DNA of 64,000 bases from an uncultured archaeon (GCA_964347045.1 CAYFXC010000007.1:23853-87852); one strand, 5' to 3'; shown: positions 1 through 9,459, counted from the first letter of the stretch. Program-made: numbers and translations. The notes: generated by a model not told the origin, from the sequence alone.

Positions 1-2
1 GT

Positions 3-677
3 CAAGGTTTCATTGAAATGTCAAATAATGCGGTGACAACCATTGGTCAAATAGGTTCACAATTGATTCAGGATGGTGACATCATATTCACGTATTGCAA
101 TAGTGCCACAGCCTTTAGCGTACTTAAAACAGCATCTACAATGGGTAAAGAATTTACCGTGTATGTTCCTGAAACTAGACCAAAATATCAAGGTCATATT
201 ACCGCAACATGGCTGGATGAAGCAGGTATTCCTTGCATATTGATTACAGATAATTCCCTGCGGTTTCTCATTGCTCGAGCAGATAAGGTGTTTGTAGGTG
301 CCGATTCGATTACAGCAAATGGAGCTGTTGTGAACAAAATAGGTACGAGTTTAGTAGCCCTAGCGGCTGATGAAGCAAGGGTTGACTTTTTTGTCGCTGC
401 AGAAAGTTACAAGTTTAGTCCTGCTACAATGGCAGGAGAGTTGATTGAAATAGAAGAAAGGGATGAATCTGAAATAGTATCAAAAGAGAAGCTTGCAAGC
501 TGGAAATATGTAACTGTTCGGAATCCAGCTTTCGATGTTACACCACCAGAGTATATTGATGCAATCATAACAGAACAGGGGGTTATCCCTCCACAGGGAG
601 CAATTGCGATTCTCTATCGGGAGTTTGGGTGGTATTCTACAGAACAAGCATTACCTTGGGAGCCCTACTTAAAATAA
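3..677 (+). CDS. Ribose-1,5-bisphosphate isomerase (eIF-2B alpha/beta/delta family), 5'-truncated by window edge
   Basis: Motifs TYCNS, ETRP..QG, VGADSITANGAVVNKIGT, RNPAFDVTPPEYID; frame is open back to base 3; AMP phosphorylase in the same window. Confidence 0.85.
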   Translation, partial: QGFIEMSNNAVTTIGQIGSQLIQDGDIIFTYCNSATAFSVLKTASTMGKEFTVYVPETRPKYQGHITATWLDEAGIPCILITDNSLRFLIARADKVFVGADSITANGAVVNKIGTSLVALAADEARVDFFVAAESYKFSPATMAGELIEIEERDESEIVSKEKLASWKYVTVRNPAFDVTPPEYIDAIITEQGVIPPQGAIAILYREFGWYSTEQALPWEPYLK

Positions 678-709
678 ACGACTAACTCTTGTCAAGGAGA
701 GTATCTCAT

Positions 710-1408
710 TTACTCTTTACCGAGATCCCGGATTACTTTGCGCCATTCCTTAATTCGTGATTCTGGAATACCAGTGAGTAATGAAAGGTCTCGTGGATTT
801 TCTGCACTAAGGTCAGCGAGTGATTCAACACCGAGTTCTTTGAGTTGTTTGACATCCGTACGAGTAATATCATGAAGGTCTTTGAGTTCCTTAATCGCAG
901 GTTCTTTGGCTTTTTCTTCACGAACGGTTTTTGCTTTTTCTCGCTCGTAGCGTTTTGCAGTATCAATTAATTTCTCAGCACGGTTCCGCTTTAGATCGGT
1001 TATTCGTGAAAGGCGACGAGGTGAGATTGTAGCTAAATCATGAATGTTTTTCACACCGGCTGCCACTATAGTTTCAGCGACTTTCTTTGTAACGCCGCTT
1101 AGGTTTGTCAGGTCGGTTTCAATGGGTTCGGGCTTCGGTGTAGCTTTAGTTGGTCTTGGCTTCTCAACTTTTGCTTTTGGTTTGGGAGGTTTTTTGACTT
1201 TTTCGAGTTTCGTAATACGTTTTACAAAGTCTTGCAGCAGTTTCACATTTTCAGGATGGTGTGTTTTTCGCCTATTGTCAATTGGTATTGCCATCCACCG
1301 AGCATCCGCTAGACCAATACCAGCATCTTTGAGTTCTTGATGAGTGAACCCCCGACCTTTGCGAACGTCGCCGGTTTGGGGGGCACGAATTTCGGGTCGA
1401 AATGCCAA
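710..1408 (-). CDS. rpl13e: Ribosomal protein L13e fused to C-terminal tandem helix-hairpin-helix domains
   Basis: N-terminal RKGRGFTHQELKDAGI...ARWMAIPIDNRRKT..ENV is the L13e signature; K/P linker; two HhH-type repeats (DLTNLSGVTKKVAETIVAAGV, ELKDLHDITRTDVKQLKELGV). TTG start at 1408 with GGTGA SD at 1416-1420 (ORF track start 1474). Confidence 0.8.
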   Translation of the reverse strand: MAFRPEIRAPQTGDVRKGRGFTHQELKDAGIGLADARWMAIPIDNRRKTHHPENVKLLQDFVKRITKLEKVKKPPKPKAKVEKPRPTKATPKPEPIETDLTNLSGVTKKVAETIVAAGVKNIHDLATISPRRLSRITDLKRNRAEKLIDTAKRYEREKAKTVREEKAKEPAIKELKDLHDITRTDVKQLKELGVESLADLSAENPRDLSLLTGIPESRIKEWRKVIRDLGKE

Positions 1409-1589
1409 GATTTGTTCACCATATAGCTGAGTGAAGGAGACGAGAAGAGTCCCAGCTAAAAATGTTTTGACCAATCAGCTGTCATAGGACGATTTAATTA
1501 TGTTGCTGTCGAAACCGAAAAGAGAAGAAAACTTAAATTGGTTAACATATTCGTGGGCAATTAATTACTGAGAAAGAGGTTAATCATCC

Positions 1590-2213
1590 ATGATGGGACA
1601 AAATGATAATCATCGATTGATGTCTCACACAACCACTGTAGCTGTAAAAGTAAATGGCGGCGTAGTTCTTGGTACGGAATCGCAGGCATCAATGGGTTCC
1701 CTCGTTGCAAGCGATACTGCACCAAAAATCCTACAAATAACTGATCACACGGCAATGACGATTTCAGGTTCAGTTGCAGACGCGCAGCAACTTACCAATA
1801 ATATTCGCGCCATTGCACATTTAGAAGCACTAGAAACCGGGCGTGAATTGACTGTAAAAGCGATTTCTCGATTAACTTCTTCGATTCTATTCCGTAATCG
1901 AATGTTCCCTTTAATCACCATGCTTATTGTCGGTGGAGTAGACAAAAAAGGAGGACACATCTATATGCTTGACCCGCTAGGCAGTATGTTGGAGGAGAAA
2001 AAATTTACTGCGACAGGTAGTGGATCTGTTGTAGCGTATGGTGTCCTTGAAGATGAATACAGAGATAATATGACCGTTGAAGAAGGAAAAAATCTAGTCA
2101 CAAGGGCGGTCAATGCTGCTCGAAAACGTGATATTGGTTCAGGTGGCGCTATTCAAATGGCGGTAATCGACTCTGAAGGCGTTAACATCTCCCGTGAAAA
2201 AGTATCAACTTAA
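1590..2213 (+). CDS. psmB: Proteasome beta subunit
   Basis: TTTV after short propeptide, E17, K33, SGSVADAQ, ATGSGS, RDIGSGG. Confidence 0.95.
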   Translation: MMGQNDNHRLMSHTTTVAVKVNGGVVLGTESQASMGSLVASDTAPKILQITDHTAMTISGSVADAQQLTNNIRAIAHLEALETGRELTVKAISRLTSSILFRNRMFPLITMLIVGGVDKKGGHIYMLDPLGSMLEEKKFTATGSGSVVAYGVLEDEYRDNMTVEEGKNLVTRAVNAARKRDIGSGGAIQMAVIDSEGVNISREKVST

Positions 2214-2234
2214 CTCCTTCTTGGATATACAAGC

Positions 2235-3194
2235 CTATAGGACACAACAGGCATTTCGCGTGTTGATAGTATAATCATTCTTCTCTAAGTATTGAAGCGT
2301 AGCTTTTGTTGGTTGAACAAGACGTGTTATCCCTGCATGAATAGCTAGTTGCTCCATTTGACGACGAATGCCACCTCGAGGGCGCATGCAACCAAGAGCA
2401 ATTTCAGTTTCGGGGAAAAGAAGACGGGCGATAGCACAAACTCGGGCGACATCATGAGGTGGTGGAGATTGGCTAGCTGCCATCGGTGTTCCTTTTGTCG
2501 GCATTAAAGCAATGAAAACAAGCAGCTTGGGGTTAATTGTTGATTTGATAAGTTGAAGGGCATTGAGCTCCCCAGACAGTTCTCCATTGTGGAGCCCAAT
2601 ACAGATGTGAGGGGCTATTGGAAGACTGTGTTTTTCAAGTGCCTGTAGAGTCAAAGCATAATCCTTCGTTGTACGTTGCGCTAAGCCGTATATTGTTTGG
2701 ATTGTTAAATCATCACCAACCACATCAACAGAAGCACAATCAATCCCAGTTTGTGCTAAGTTGTATGCTTGTGTGTCTGAAAGAAATCCAGTGTGGACGT
2801 TTAGAAAAAGATTGGTGGACTGTTTAATTTCAGATAGAGTAGGAAGAAAAGGTGTTAGGGGAATTTCTCCATTTTCGTTACAGCCGCCGCTGATAAGACA
2901 GCCTACACCTTTCTGGTGATGTAGATTTTTGCAAAAAGTGAGAAGTTCTTGAGGATTGTTGATAGGTTTCATTTGATGAAGAAATCTGCCAGCGCAATGT
3001 TGGCATTGTAGTTTGCAATGAGTCCCTGTAACAGAAAGTGAAGGAAAATGATCGCCAGGATTGAATAATGTTATTTTTCTTTTGAAGGCTTTTTCAGTAA
3101 GAATACGAGCTTGATAGAATAATTCCTCAAGATTATTGAAAGGCGCCACAAACCAATCATGCAAGGTATTAGCCTCATTGCCTGCGGAAATCAT
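2235..3194 (-). CDS. lipS1: Archaeal-type lipoyl synthase subunit LipS1 (radical SAM)
   Basis: CKLQCQHC radical SAM motif, GCMR motif and terminal CC; in operon with a lipoate ligase and LipS2. Confidence 0.8.
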   Translation of the reverse strand: MISAGNEANTLHDWFVAPFNNLEELFYQARILTEKAFKRKITLFNPGDHFPSLSVTGTHCKLQCQHCAGRFLHQMKPINNPQELLTFCKNLHHQKGVGCLISGGCNENGEIPLTPFLPTLSEIKQSTNLFLNVHTGFLSDTQAYNLAQTGIDCASVDVVGDDLTIQTIYGLAQRTTKDYALTLQALEKHSLPIAPHICIGLHNGELSGELNALQLIKSTINPKLLVFIALMPTKGTPMAASQSPPPHDVARVCAIARLLFPETEIALGCMRPRGGIRRQMEQLAIHAGITRLVQPTKATLQYLEKNDYTINTRNACCVL

Positions 3195-3988
3195 TTCTTA
3201 AGCCCCCGTTGAAAAGTCCAATTTGGTTTCGCATACCATGATTCAGCAATTTGTTGAGCGGATTGTAATTCAGTGTCCGTTAAGCCTTCTTCATAAAACC
3301 TAGCAGGTAATGTAGCCGATAGACCTTCAATAAGGGCTTCTTCAATTTGACCAAAAGAAGGTGCTTTTCCGAGTTCTTGATGAAGTGAGGTTAAGCTGCC
3401 TGCAGCGTTTTTAATAAAACTAGTATCAGCTTTCTGTTTATTGACTTTTAGGAAGGTGAACATTTTGTTGAGGTTTAGCGTTCGGAGGATGGTGCCATGT
3501 TGAAGAAGAGTGTTGCCACGTCGTGATTGAGCATTCCCGGAGATTTTTCTTTTTTTCACAAATAGATTTGGACAAAAGGCTTCAGAGCCTGGCGAAAATT
3601 TTGCGCTAACCCCAAGGCGGTTTAGCCCAACGAGTAATCCGTTACAAAGATGGTGATACGTTTCAATTACATCTGAAGGGAGTTGTATCTCATCCGTTCG
3701 GCAGATGATACTATAGGTAAGTTCCCCTTCAAAATCGTGATAAACTGCACCCCCGCTCGAGAGTCGGCGCACAATATCGATATTGAATTTTCGACAAGCT
3801 TCAGCATCCACTTCATCTTCAAGGTGTTGAAATCGCCCAATAGACACAGCAGAGGGATTCCAGCGGTAAAATCTGATTGTGTTAGCAGCAGTTTCTTTAT
3901 GACACGCGTCGAGTAATACATGATCAATTGCCATATTATCAAAGGCATTGAAAATACCAGTTCGTATTAGCCGCCATAATTTTGCCAT
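3191..3988 (-). CDS. Lipoate/octanoate-protein ligase (LplA/LipM family)
   Basis: NMAID, RRLSSGGAVYHD, RKISGNAQ, LQHGT. Confidence 0.92.
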   Translation of the reverse strand: MAKLWRLIRTGIFNAFDNMAIDHVLLDACHKETAANTIRFYRWNPSAVSIGRFQHLEDEVDAEACRKFNIDIVRRLSSGGAVYHDFEGELTYSIICRTDEIQLPSDVIETYHHLCNGLLVGLNRLGVSAKFSPGSEAFCPNLFVKKRKISGNAQSRRGNTLLQHGTILRTLNLNKMFTFLKVNKQKADTSFIKNAAGSLTSLHQELGKAPSFGQIEEALIEGLSATLPARFYEEGLTDTELQSAQQIAESWYAKPNWTFQRGLKK

Positions 3989-3991
3989 AAT

Positions 3992-4987
3992 CTATAGAAC
4001 TCCTGCCAGTTGGGATTCGATTTCCTTTAGGGCTTCAGCCGATGGTAACATTGGGTAGTTGAAAATAGGACCTCCAGGTTGCTCTGTGAAGAAAGGGCGG
4101 TTACAAGAAGGACAGCCAGTCGTTTGAAAAGGCTTCCCTCGTGCGATGATATCCATAAGGGTTTCTTTTGATAGCCCAAGATTCATGATTTGATTAGATG
4201 AATTGAATTGCATCTGTTTAATGGTCACAAGACGATTTTGAAGTAGATAATGAGTCAGTTGGATTCTACGATAGTGGTCAATTGCAGGGCGACTAATTTT
4301 CGCTAAAGGAGTTCCGTTCACTGGCATGAAGGGAAATAAACCAATTCTAATGCCCTTGTTGATGAGCTTTTGGAGGAGATTTATAGTTTGGCGTTCGTTT
4401 TCTCCTAAACCGATTATGAGATGAGTTGTTGTTCGCCCGGGTCCAAAGACATCTCGAGCAGATTCTAATGCTCTGAAATGCTCACTCCATGTAAAAGGTC
4501 CATTAACCCCTGTGCCCTTAATACGATTAAACAAGTTGGGGGTAATAGCGTCAAGAGAAACAGCAACCCGATCAACTCCCAATTTATAAAGATCTTGAAA
4601 TTGATTAGCATGGAGTGGAGGCAATGCTATCGAGAGAGGAACTTGAGGTAAATGGTTTCTGAAAAAGGGAATAAGTTGCAATAAATCTTTGACGAGATTT
4701 GGATAGCACAGTGTTTGGATGCAAAGGCGGTTAAATGGGAATTTTTTACAATTCTCAGCTAATGTGTCAATAATTTTGTGTACTGAGTATGCTGGCCAAG
4801 TAATACGAGAAAGTTTATTGACTTTTCCACTACTTTCGCGCGCTTGAACACAAAATGCGCAATTCGCCCCGCAACGTGATTGAGTGTAGGTCATAGTATA
4901 TGCGGTTGTAGGTTTGACATCTAATTTGCATTGAACCAGCCCAAGAAGAGCCGCCGTTCCAATTGAAAGTCGTATGGATTCTGACAT
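3992..4987 (-). CDS. lipS2: Archaeal-type lipoyl synthase subunit LipS2 (radical SAM)
   Basis: CGANCAFC motif and C-terminal TTGCPSCNRP motif. Confidence 0.82.
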   Translation of the reverse strand: MSESIRLSIGTAALLGLVQCKLDVKPTTAYTMTYTQSRCGANCAFCVQARESSGKVNKLSRITWPAYSVHKIIDTLAENCKKFPFNRLCIQTLCYPNLVKDLLQLIPFFRNHLPQVPLSIALPPLHANQFQDLYKLGVDRVAVSLDAITPNLFNRIKGTGVNGPFTWSEHFRALESARDVFGPGRTTTHLIIGLGENERQTINLLQKLINKGIRIGLFPFMPVNGTPLAKISRPAIDHYRRIQLTHYLLQNRLVTIKQMQFNSSNQIMNLGLSKETLMDIIARGKPFQTTGCPSCNRPFFTEQPGGPIFNYPMLPSAEALKEIESQLAGVL

Positions 4988-5302
4988 TTACCTTTCCTCA
5001 CTGAGGATCTACTGATGTGAATTTGTTATGCTAAATAGCAGGACATACAAGAAAAATTAGCCTTTCGGGTTTATGGCTTTCTAACATGTTACATTAGTCA
5101 AATGAAACCGTTGTTGTTAGAACGTTACTATATGTAGTGGGGAAAGATACGCATGATTGTATGTAAGTTCGGATTCCAACAGTTGATCCAGTGGATAGTT
5201 AATGATTCAATTATTATTTGGAATTGGGAATGGCAGATATTTCTAGCGGTTGAAGGTAAAACCTAAAATCAGAATGCACCTCACAATTGAATGGTGTTTT
5301 TC

Positions 5303-5851
5303 ATGCGAATATCTGGTTCAGAAGAAGAAACCAAAACTATCATTGACGTCGCTCGACTGATGCTAATTGCAGCCCGAACAGCACCCAAGGGTCGAGGAAT
5401 CGATGATCTTGAATCAATGATTTTGACAGGGAAGGAAAAAGATGCTGTAGCTAAAGAAATGTATAGAATATCCAAGGAGCCCGATGACCATTGGACGCGT
5501 GATGCAAAAAACGTAGAAGAATGTCCAGCCCTAGTTTTAATCGGACTCAAAGGCCCTAAGGCTTTAGGTACGAATTGTGGCGCATGTGGGTATGACGATT
5601 GTAGCCATATGTTGAAGACCGGGCGAAAACAAGGGCACTTCTTTGCTGGACCCACTTGTATAATCAAAGCCTTGGACATGGGTATCGCTCTAGGAAGTGC
5701 GGTAAAAACAGCTCAAATTCATAACATCGATAATCGAATCTTCTTCCGGGCAGGAGCAGCCGCATATCGACTAAAGCTCATGCCTGACTCTACGATTTTG
5801 ATCGGAATTCCCATTGCGGGAACAGGAAAAAGCCCATTTTTTGACCGTTAA
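5303..5851 (+). CDS. DUF2148 ferredoxin-like domain protein
   Basis: AARTAPKGRG, NCGACGY..C, DMGIALGSA, DNRIF.RAG; ATG at 5303 preferred to 5291 because of the GGTG SD. Confidence 0.8.
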   Translation: MRISGSEEETKTIIDVARLMLIAARTAPKGRGIDDLESMILTGKEKDAVAKEMYRISKEPDDHWTRDAKNVEECPALVLIGLKGPKALGTNCGACGYDDCSHMLKTGRKQGHFFAGPTCIIKALDMGIALGSAVKTAQIHNIDNRIFFRAGAAAYRLKLMPDSTILIGIPIAGTGKSPFFDR

Positions 5852-5869
5852 CGAGTGTTTGAATAAGAA

Positions 5870-5993
5870 TGGTAGCCCGGCGCGGATTCGAACCGCGGTC
5901 CCAAGGTTTCTCCACCATCTTGAATGTGGATCCAGAGCCTCGGATGATTGACCAAGGTGCATACCCCAAGTGAGCACTCTACACTACCGGGCT
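5870..5993 (-). tRNA. tRNA-Gln(CUG) with two introns: position 15/16 (5955-5978) and 37/38 (5908-5931); CCA encoded
   Basis: Acceptor AGCCCGG/CCGGGCT, T arm CGCGG-TTCGAAT-CCGCG, anticodon CTG at 5933-5935; removing the two 24-nt BHB-type inserts gives a canonical archaeal tRNA-Gln with A1:U72. Confidence 0.9.
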
Positions 5994-6018
5994 TCAGCGA
6001 AAAAAAGTTCAAGTTGCC

Positions 6019-6270
6019 TTATTTAGTCTTTTTGCTTTTGGTTTTCTTCTTCGGCGCAGTTGGTGTTGATACCTTGGGCTCCTCTATTCGACTAATTAAC
6101 AACCCAGAATCGAGAAATATCATGAAATTGTGATCCTCATGAATTACTTGAAAAGGAACAGGATATTGATTTGCATCTTTAACTGCATCTTTGGTAACAT
6201 AAAATACAGCACGTGCTCCGCAAATGGGACATTTGAGAGCTTTCCAGAATTTTTTAAAAGATTTAGACAT
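6019..6270 (-). CDS. Small CPxC/His metal-binding domain protein with Lys-rich tail
   Basis: KCPICG...YPVPFQVIHEDH...FLD pattern; ATG at 6270 after GGTGA SD; directly downstream of prs. Confidence 0.7.
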   Translation of the reverse strand: MSKSFKKFWKALKCPICGARAVFYVTKDAVKDANQYPVPFQVIHEDHNFMIFLDSGLLISRIEEPKVSTPTAPKKKTKSKKTK

Positions 6271-6285
6271 GCAGGATTTCACCGG

Positions 6286-7176
6286 TTACTGTAGCTTTTT
6301 TATTGCCTCAGCAATGACAGGTGCAACTGAAACATAACTTATTGCGGAGGGGACAGTATCTGTGCCCACAACGTCGATAGCACCAGCCTCATAAATTCGA
6401 ACAAGTGCATTGAGAACAAGGAGAGGATGCGTGCAAGCAACGTAGATATCTTTTGCCCCATTTTTCTTTAAAACATCAATAGCTTTGATAATCGTATTAC
6501 CTGTACTGATAATATCGTCGACAATTAGTACATCCCGATCATTGAGGTTCAATTTTCGGGGTCTAATTTCCACTGTTTCAGCATCAAGACGTTTCTTTTC
6601 AAGAGCATCATAGTCTACTGAAAGGGCATCAGCGGCAGTTTTGGCCCAAGCTCCTGCCTCAGCGTCGGGTCCAATGACAGCCGGATTATGAAGAGTATGT
6701 ATGTTGTTCATATGTTTAGCTAATGCACCCATTGCTGTCAAATCGTGTAACGGTATTGTTGTAAGAGTGTCCTGTTCAATAACGCGATGACGATGCGAAT
6801 CTATAGTGAAGATATAATCGGCACCCGCAGCCTCAATTAGCCGGCTCACTGTTTTTAGACTAATAGCTTCACCGGATTCGAATCGTTCATCTTGTCTGGC
6901 ATAAGCAAAATATGGTAAAACGGTGATGACGCGTTTGGCCTTTAGATCTTTGAGAGCATCAAGCATAAGAAAAAGTTCGATGAGAAAATCGTTGGGTTGC
7001 AATGCGAGAGATTGAACTACAATTACCTCTTCTGTTGCTACTTCACCTAGAAATCGAACATAGGTTTCGCCATCAGGAAAGTGCTTTACTTCGGTATTCA
7101 AGTACTGAGCTTTGAGCGCTTGGGCAACATTCCAAGCGAGGAATTTAGAGGGGCTTCCACTTGTAACTATGACCAT
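6286..7176 (-). CDS. prs: Ribose-phosphate pyrophosphokinase
   Basis: FPDGETYVR, PYFAYARQD, GPDAEA, VDDIISTGNT, CTHP; ATG at 7176 with GAGG SD. Confidence 0.95.
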   Translation of the reverse strand: MVIVTSGSPSKFLAWNVAQALKAQYLNTEVKHFPDGETYVRFLGEVATEEVIVVQSLALQPNDFLIELFLMLDALKDLKAKRVITVLPYFAYARQDERFESGEAISLKTVSRLIEAAGADYIFTIDSHRHRVIEQDTLTTIPLHDLTAMGALAKHMNNIHTLHNPAVIGPDAEAGAWAKTAADALSVDYDALEKKRLDAETVEIRPRKLNLNDRDVLIVDDIISTGNTIIKAIDVLKKNGAKDIYVACTHPLLVLNALVRIYEAGAIDVVGTDTVPSAISYVSVAPVIAEAIKKLQ

Positions 7177-7267
7177 GGACAGTGTCCTCACGTGACGATG
7201 TTTCTTACCAATGACTAGGTGCAAATAAGCTTAGTGGAAGCCAACAAAGAGCATAACTGTCTGTAGA

Positions 7268-8068
7268 TTACTTCGCAAGCATGTTTTCAAACCAGAGAAC
7301 AAGTGTTCGAAGACCTTCACTGGAGAGACGTTGTGAATAGATTTGGACTGCACCCGTTGCATCCATTCGACATGCTAGTGGTCGACCGATATTATCAATG
7401 ATTGGAGTAATGAAACTAATTGCATGAATTGTACTAGCGTTTCTTTGTATTTCTTTATAGAGATCTAACTTATCTAAATCACGCGCACGAATATTGACTT
7501 CATCTAAAGTGCTCCCATTGAATTCTATATCTCGAAATACTGCGCGAACTAATTCACCAGGACCTCCATTTGAGGTTCCCGTAAGATATCTGATTATCTT
7601 TCGCATTTTCTTATTATCGATATCAAACAAAGATAATCGTCCTGGATAACCAAGGACGGCAGAGGATAATATCCAAGTAGCAGCACTAACAGCACGACGC
7701 GGGACATCCATTATGAAACAAAATCCTGTTTCAGGACGCCAAAGGATCTGTGAGGTTACTGAATAGGAAACCAGTCGATATCGCCTTTCACGCCTCCCTA
7801 GTTCAGGGATTTTTATGACCCGGTCATAAGTAAGATCCAACTCGATGAATTTTGATGAGGCTTTTTGACACTGTAACACCGCATTGGGTAGAAGTTGCCC
7901 AATCCGTCTAGTACTCATTCGCCCACGTTTGCGTACAGTGGATTCTGCATCTTCTTCATCAGATATGGCAGGACCTGCAAGGTCATCTATTGTAAAACGT
8001 AGTTGAGTAAGCTTTCGCGTAACGGGGACAATGGCTCGGGTTTCAGTAATGTGGAAAGCCTGCACCAA
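7268..8068 (-). CDS. Hypothetical protein (soluble, alpha/beta)
   Basis: 266-aa ORF with strong GGAGGT SD before TTG; no family recognised. Confidence 0.75.
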   Translation of the reverse strand: MVQAFHITETRAIVPVTRKLTQLRFTIDDLAGPAISDEEDAESTVRKRGRMSTRRIGQLLPNAVLQCQKASSKFIELDLTYDRVIKIPELGRRERRYRLVSYSVTSQILWRPETGFCFIMDVPRRAVSAATWILSSAVLGYPGRLSLFDIDNKKMRKIIRYLTGTSNGGPGELVRAVFRDIEFNGSTLDEVNIRARDLDKLDLYKEIQRNASTIHAISFITPIIDNIGRPLACRMDATGAVQIYSQRLSSEGLRTLVLWFENMLAK

Positions 8069-8216
8069 TATACCTCCAACCGCCCTTTATAGGGTGCAAC
8101 TTCTATATATTTGAAAAAGCCCAGATTTTTGTCGCTTTTTTTCAAGTCCTGTAGAATGAAGGAATGATTGAAAAAGCACAGAAGAGGGATAGGCTCACAT
8201 ACCAGGAGGTCTATTA

Positions 8217-8975
8217 ATGGTTCAGAAAGACAGAGAAAAGAAACGAACCATCATCACTCCCGATGAGGAAGAACACCATCATGCTCATTCCCATGGCCAT
8301 AGTGAAAAGCATACACATAGTCCTAGTTCTAAAACCGTTGATATATCGCTAGAAGAAAATTTCATGGAACGGAATAAATCAATAGCTCGTGAAAATCGTG
8401 AATATTTTTCTAATCACGGTATTCGAACAATAAACATTTTGGGCAGTGTTGGGTCGGGAAAAACTTCGTTAATAGAAGCTATTTCACAAAAACTGATACA
8501 TCGGCGGAAAGAGATATTGGTTATTGCAGGTGATGTTACAACAACTATTGATGCAGATCGTATTGCTAAACATGGAATACAGACCATCCAGGTTAACACA
8601 GGTGTAGAATGTCACTTAGATGCAAAATTAATTCAAAAAGCGTTGGATTCCACTGATCTAGTTACAACGAAAATTATCATTATTGAAAACGTTGGCAACC
8701 TCATTTGCCCTGCAGATTTCCCATTAGGCAGTCATCTGCGACTTGTTGTAGTCAGTGTGACAGAGGGGCCTTGGATGATTCAAAAACATCCAGTTATGTT
8801 TCACGAAGCCGACATCTTAGTTATTAACAAAATTGACTTAGCTGAAGTTATGGATGTTGATGTCGACAAATTGGCACAAGACGCAAAAAACATTAATCCG
8901 AATATTAAGATTTTCCGAACTAGTGTGCGAAACGACGTTGGCGTTGATGAAGTAATTAAACATCTAGGATTCTGA
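8217..8975 (+). CDS. hypB: Hydrogenase nickel-incorporation GTPase HypB with His-rich N-terminus
   Basis: HHHAHSHGH; GSVGSGKT, ECHLDA, ENVGNLICPADF, NKID; GGAGGT SD. Confidence 0.93.
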   Translation: MVQKDREKKRTIITPDEEEHHHAHSHGHSEKHTHSPSSKTVDISLEENFMERNKSIARENREYFSNHGIRTINILGSVGSGKTSLIEAISQKLIHRRKEILVIAGDVTTTIDADRIAKHGIQTIQVNTGVECHLDAKLIQKALDSTDLVTTKIIIIENVGNLICPADFPLGSHLRLVVVSVTEGPWMIQKHPVMFHEADILVINKIDLAEVMDVDVDKLAQDAKNINPNIKIFRTSVRNDVGVDEVIKHLGF

Positions 8976-8992
8976 GAAACACTCTCAATTAA

Positions 8993-9388
8993 TCAACCGA
9001 AGCCTAAAATCTTTTCAAGCCGTGCAGCAGTTCGCTTGAGTTCAAGTAATAATGGTCCTAACCGCGCATCTTTTTCAGTAATGAAGAGAACAACAGCTAA
9101 AGGGCCACTATATCGGAGAAGAATGTAACCCCGATCACATTTAACATAGATATTATCTAATTCTCCTTTTTTGAGATTCTCCATTGCCGTTGATCCAATA
9201 GAGAGCATGGAGGAAGCTAAAGCAGCTAATTCAGTTTCTTCAATGTTTTCATTAATAGCGCTAGCCATAGGGAGACCATCGGTGGAAACTACAGCGACAC
9301 CTTGAATGCCATCCACATTCTGTTCTGCTTCTCGAAGTATTTGCATTATTGCTTCCATTGGATCCTCAATTTCTGGTGGCTCGGTCAT
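8993..9388 (-). CDS. Roadblock/LC7 domain protein
   Basis: GIQGVAVVSTDGLPMAS, LAALASSMLSIG, GELDNIYVK, ARLG.LLLE. Confidence 0.9.
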   Translation of the reverse strand: MTEPPEIEDPMEAIMQILREAEQNVDGIQGVAVVSTDGLPMASAINENIEETELAALASSMLSIGSTAMENLKKGELDNIYVKCDRGYILLRYSGPLAVVLFITEKDARLGPLLLELKRTAARLEKILGFG

Positions 9389-9459
9389 AGACAACACAGA
9401 TTACAGGCGGATATTGGAATTAACACTTGATTCAATCCTCTAAAAACCTGCGCTCGCCT

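Noticed and set aside
4988-5290. 300-bp intergenic region as a C/D sRNA or a 37-codon ORF
   Set aside because: No well-formed C and D box pair; the ORF has no SD or recognisable features; consistent with divergent promoters
5771-6133. ORFs 5771-5977 (-) and 5948-6133 (+)
   Set aside because: They overlap the tRNA-Gln gene or are antisense to a better ORF; no protein features
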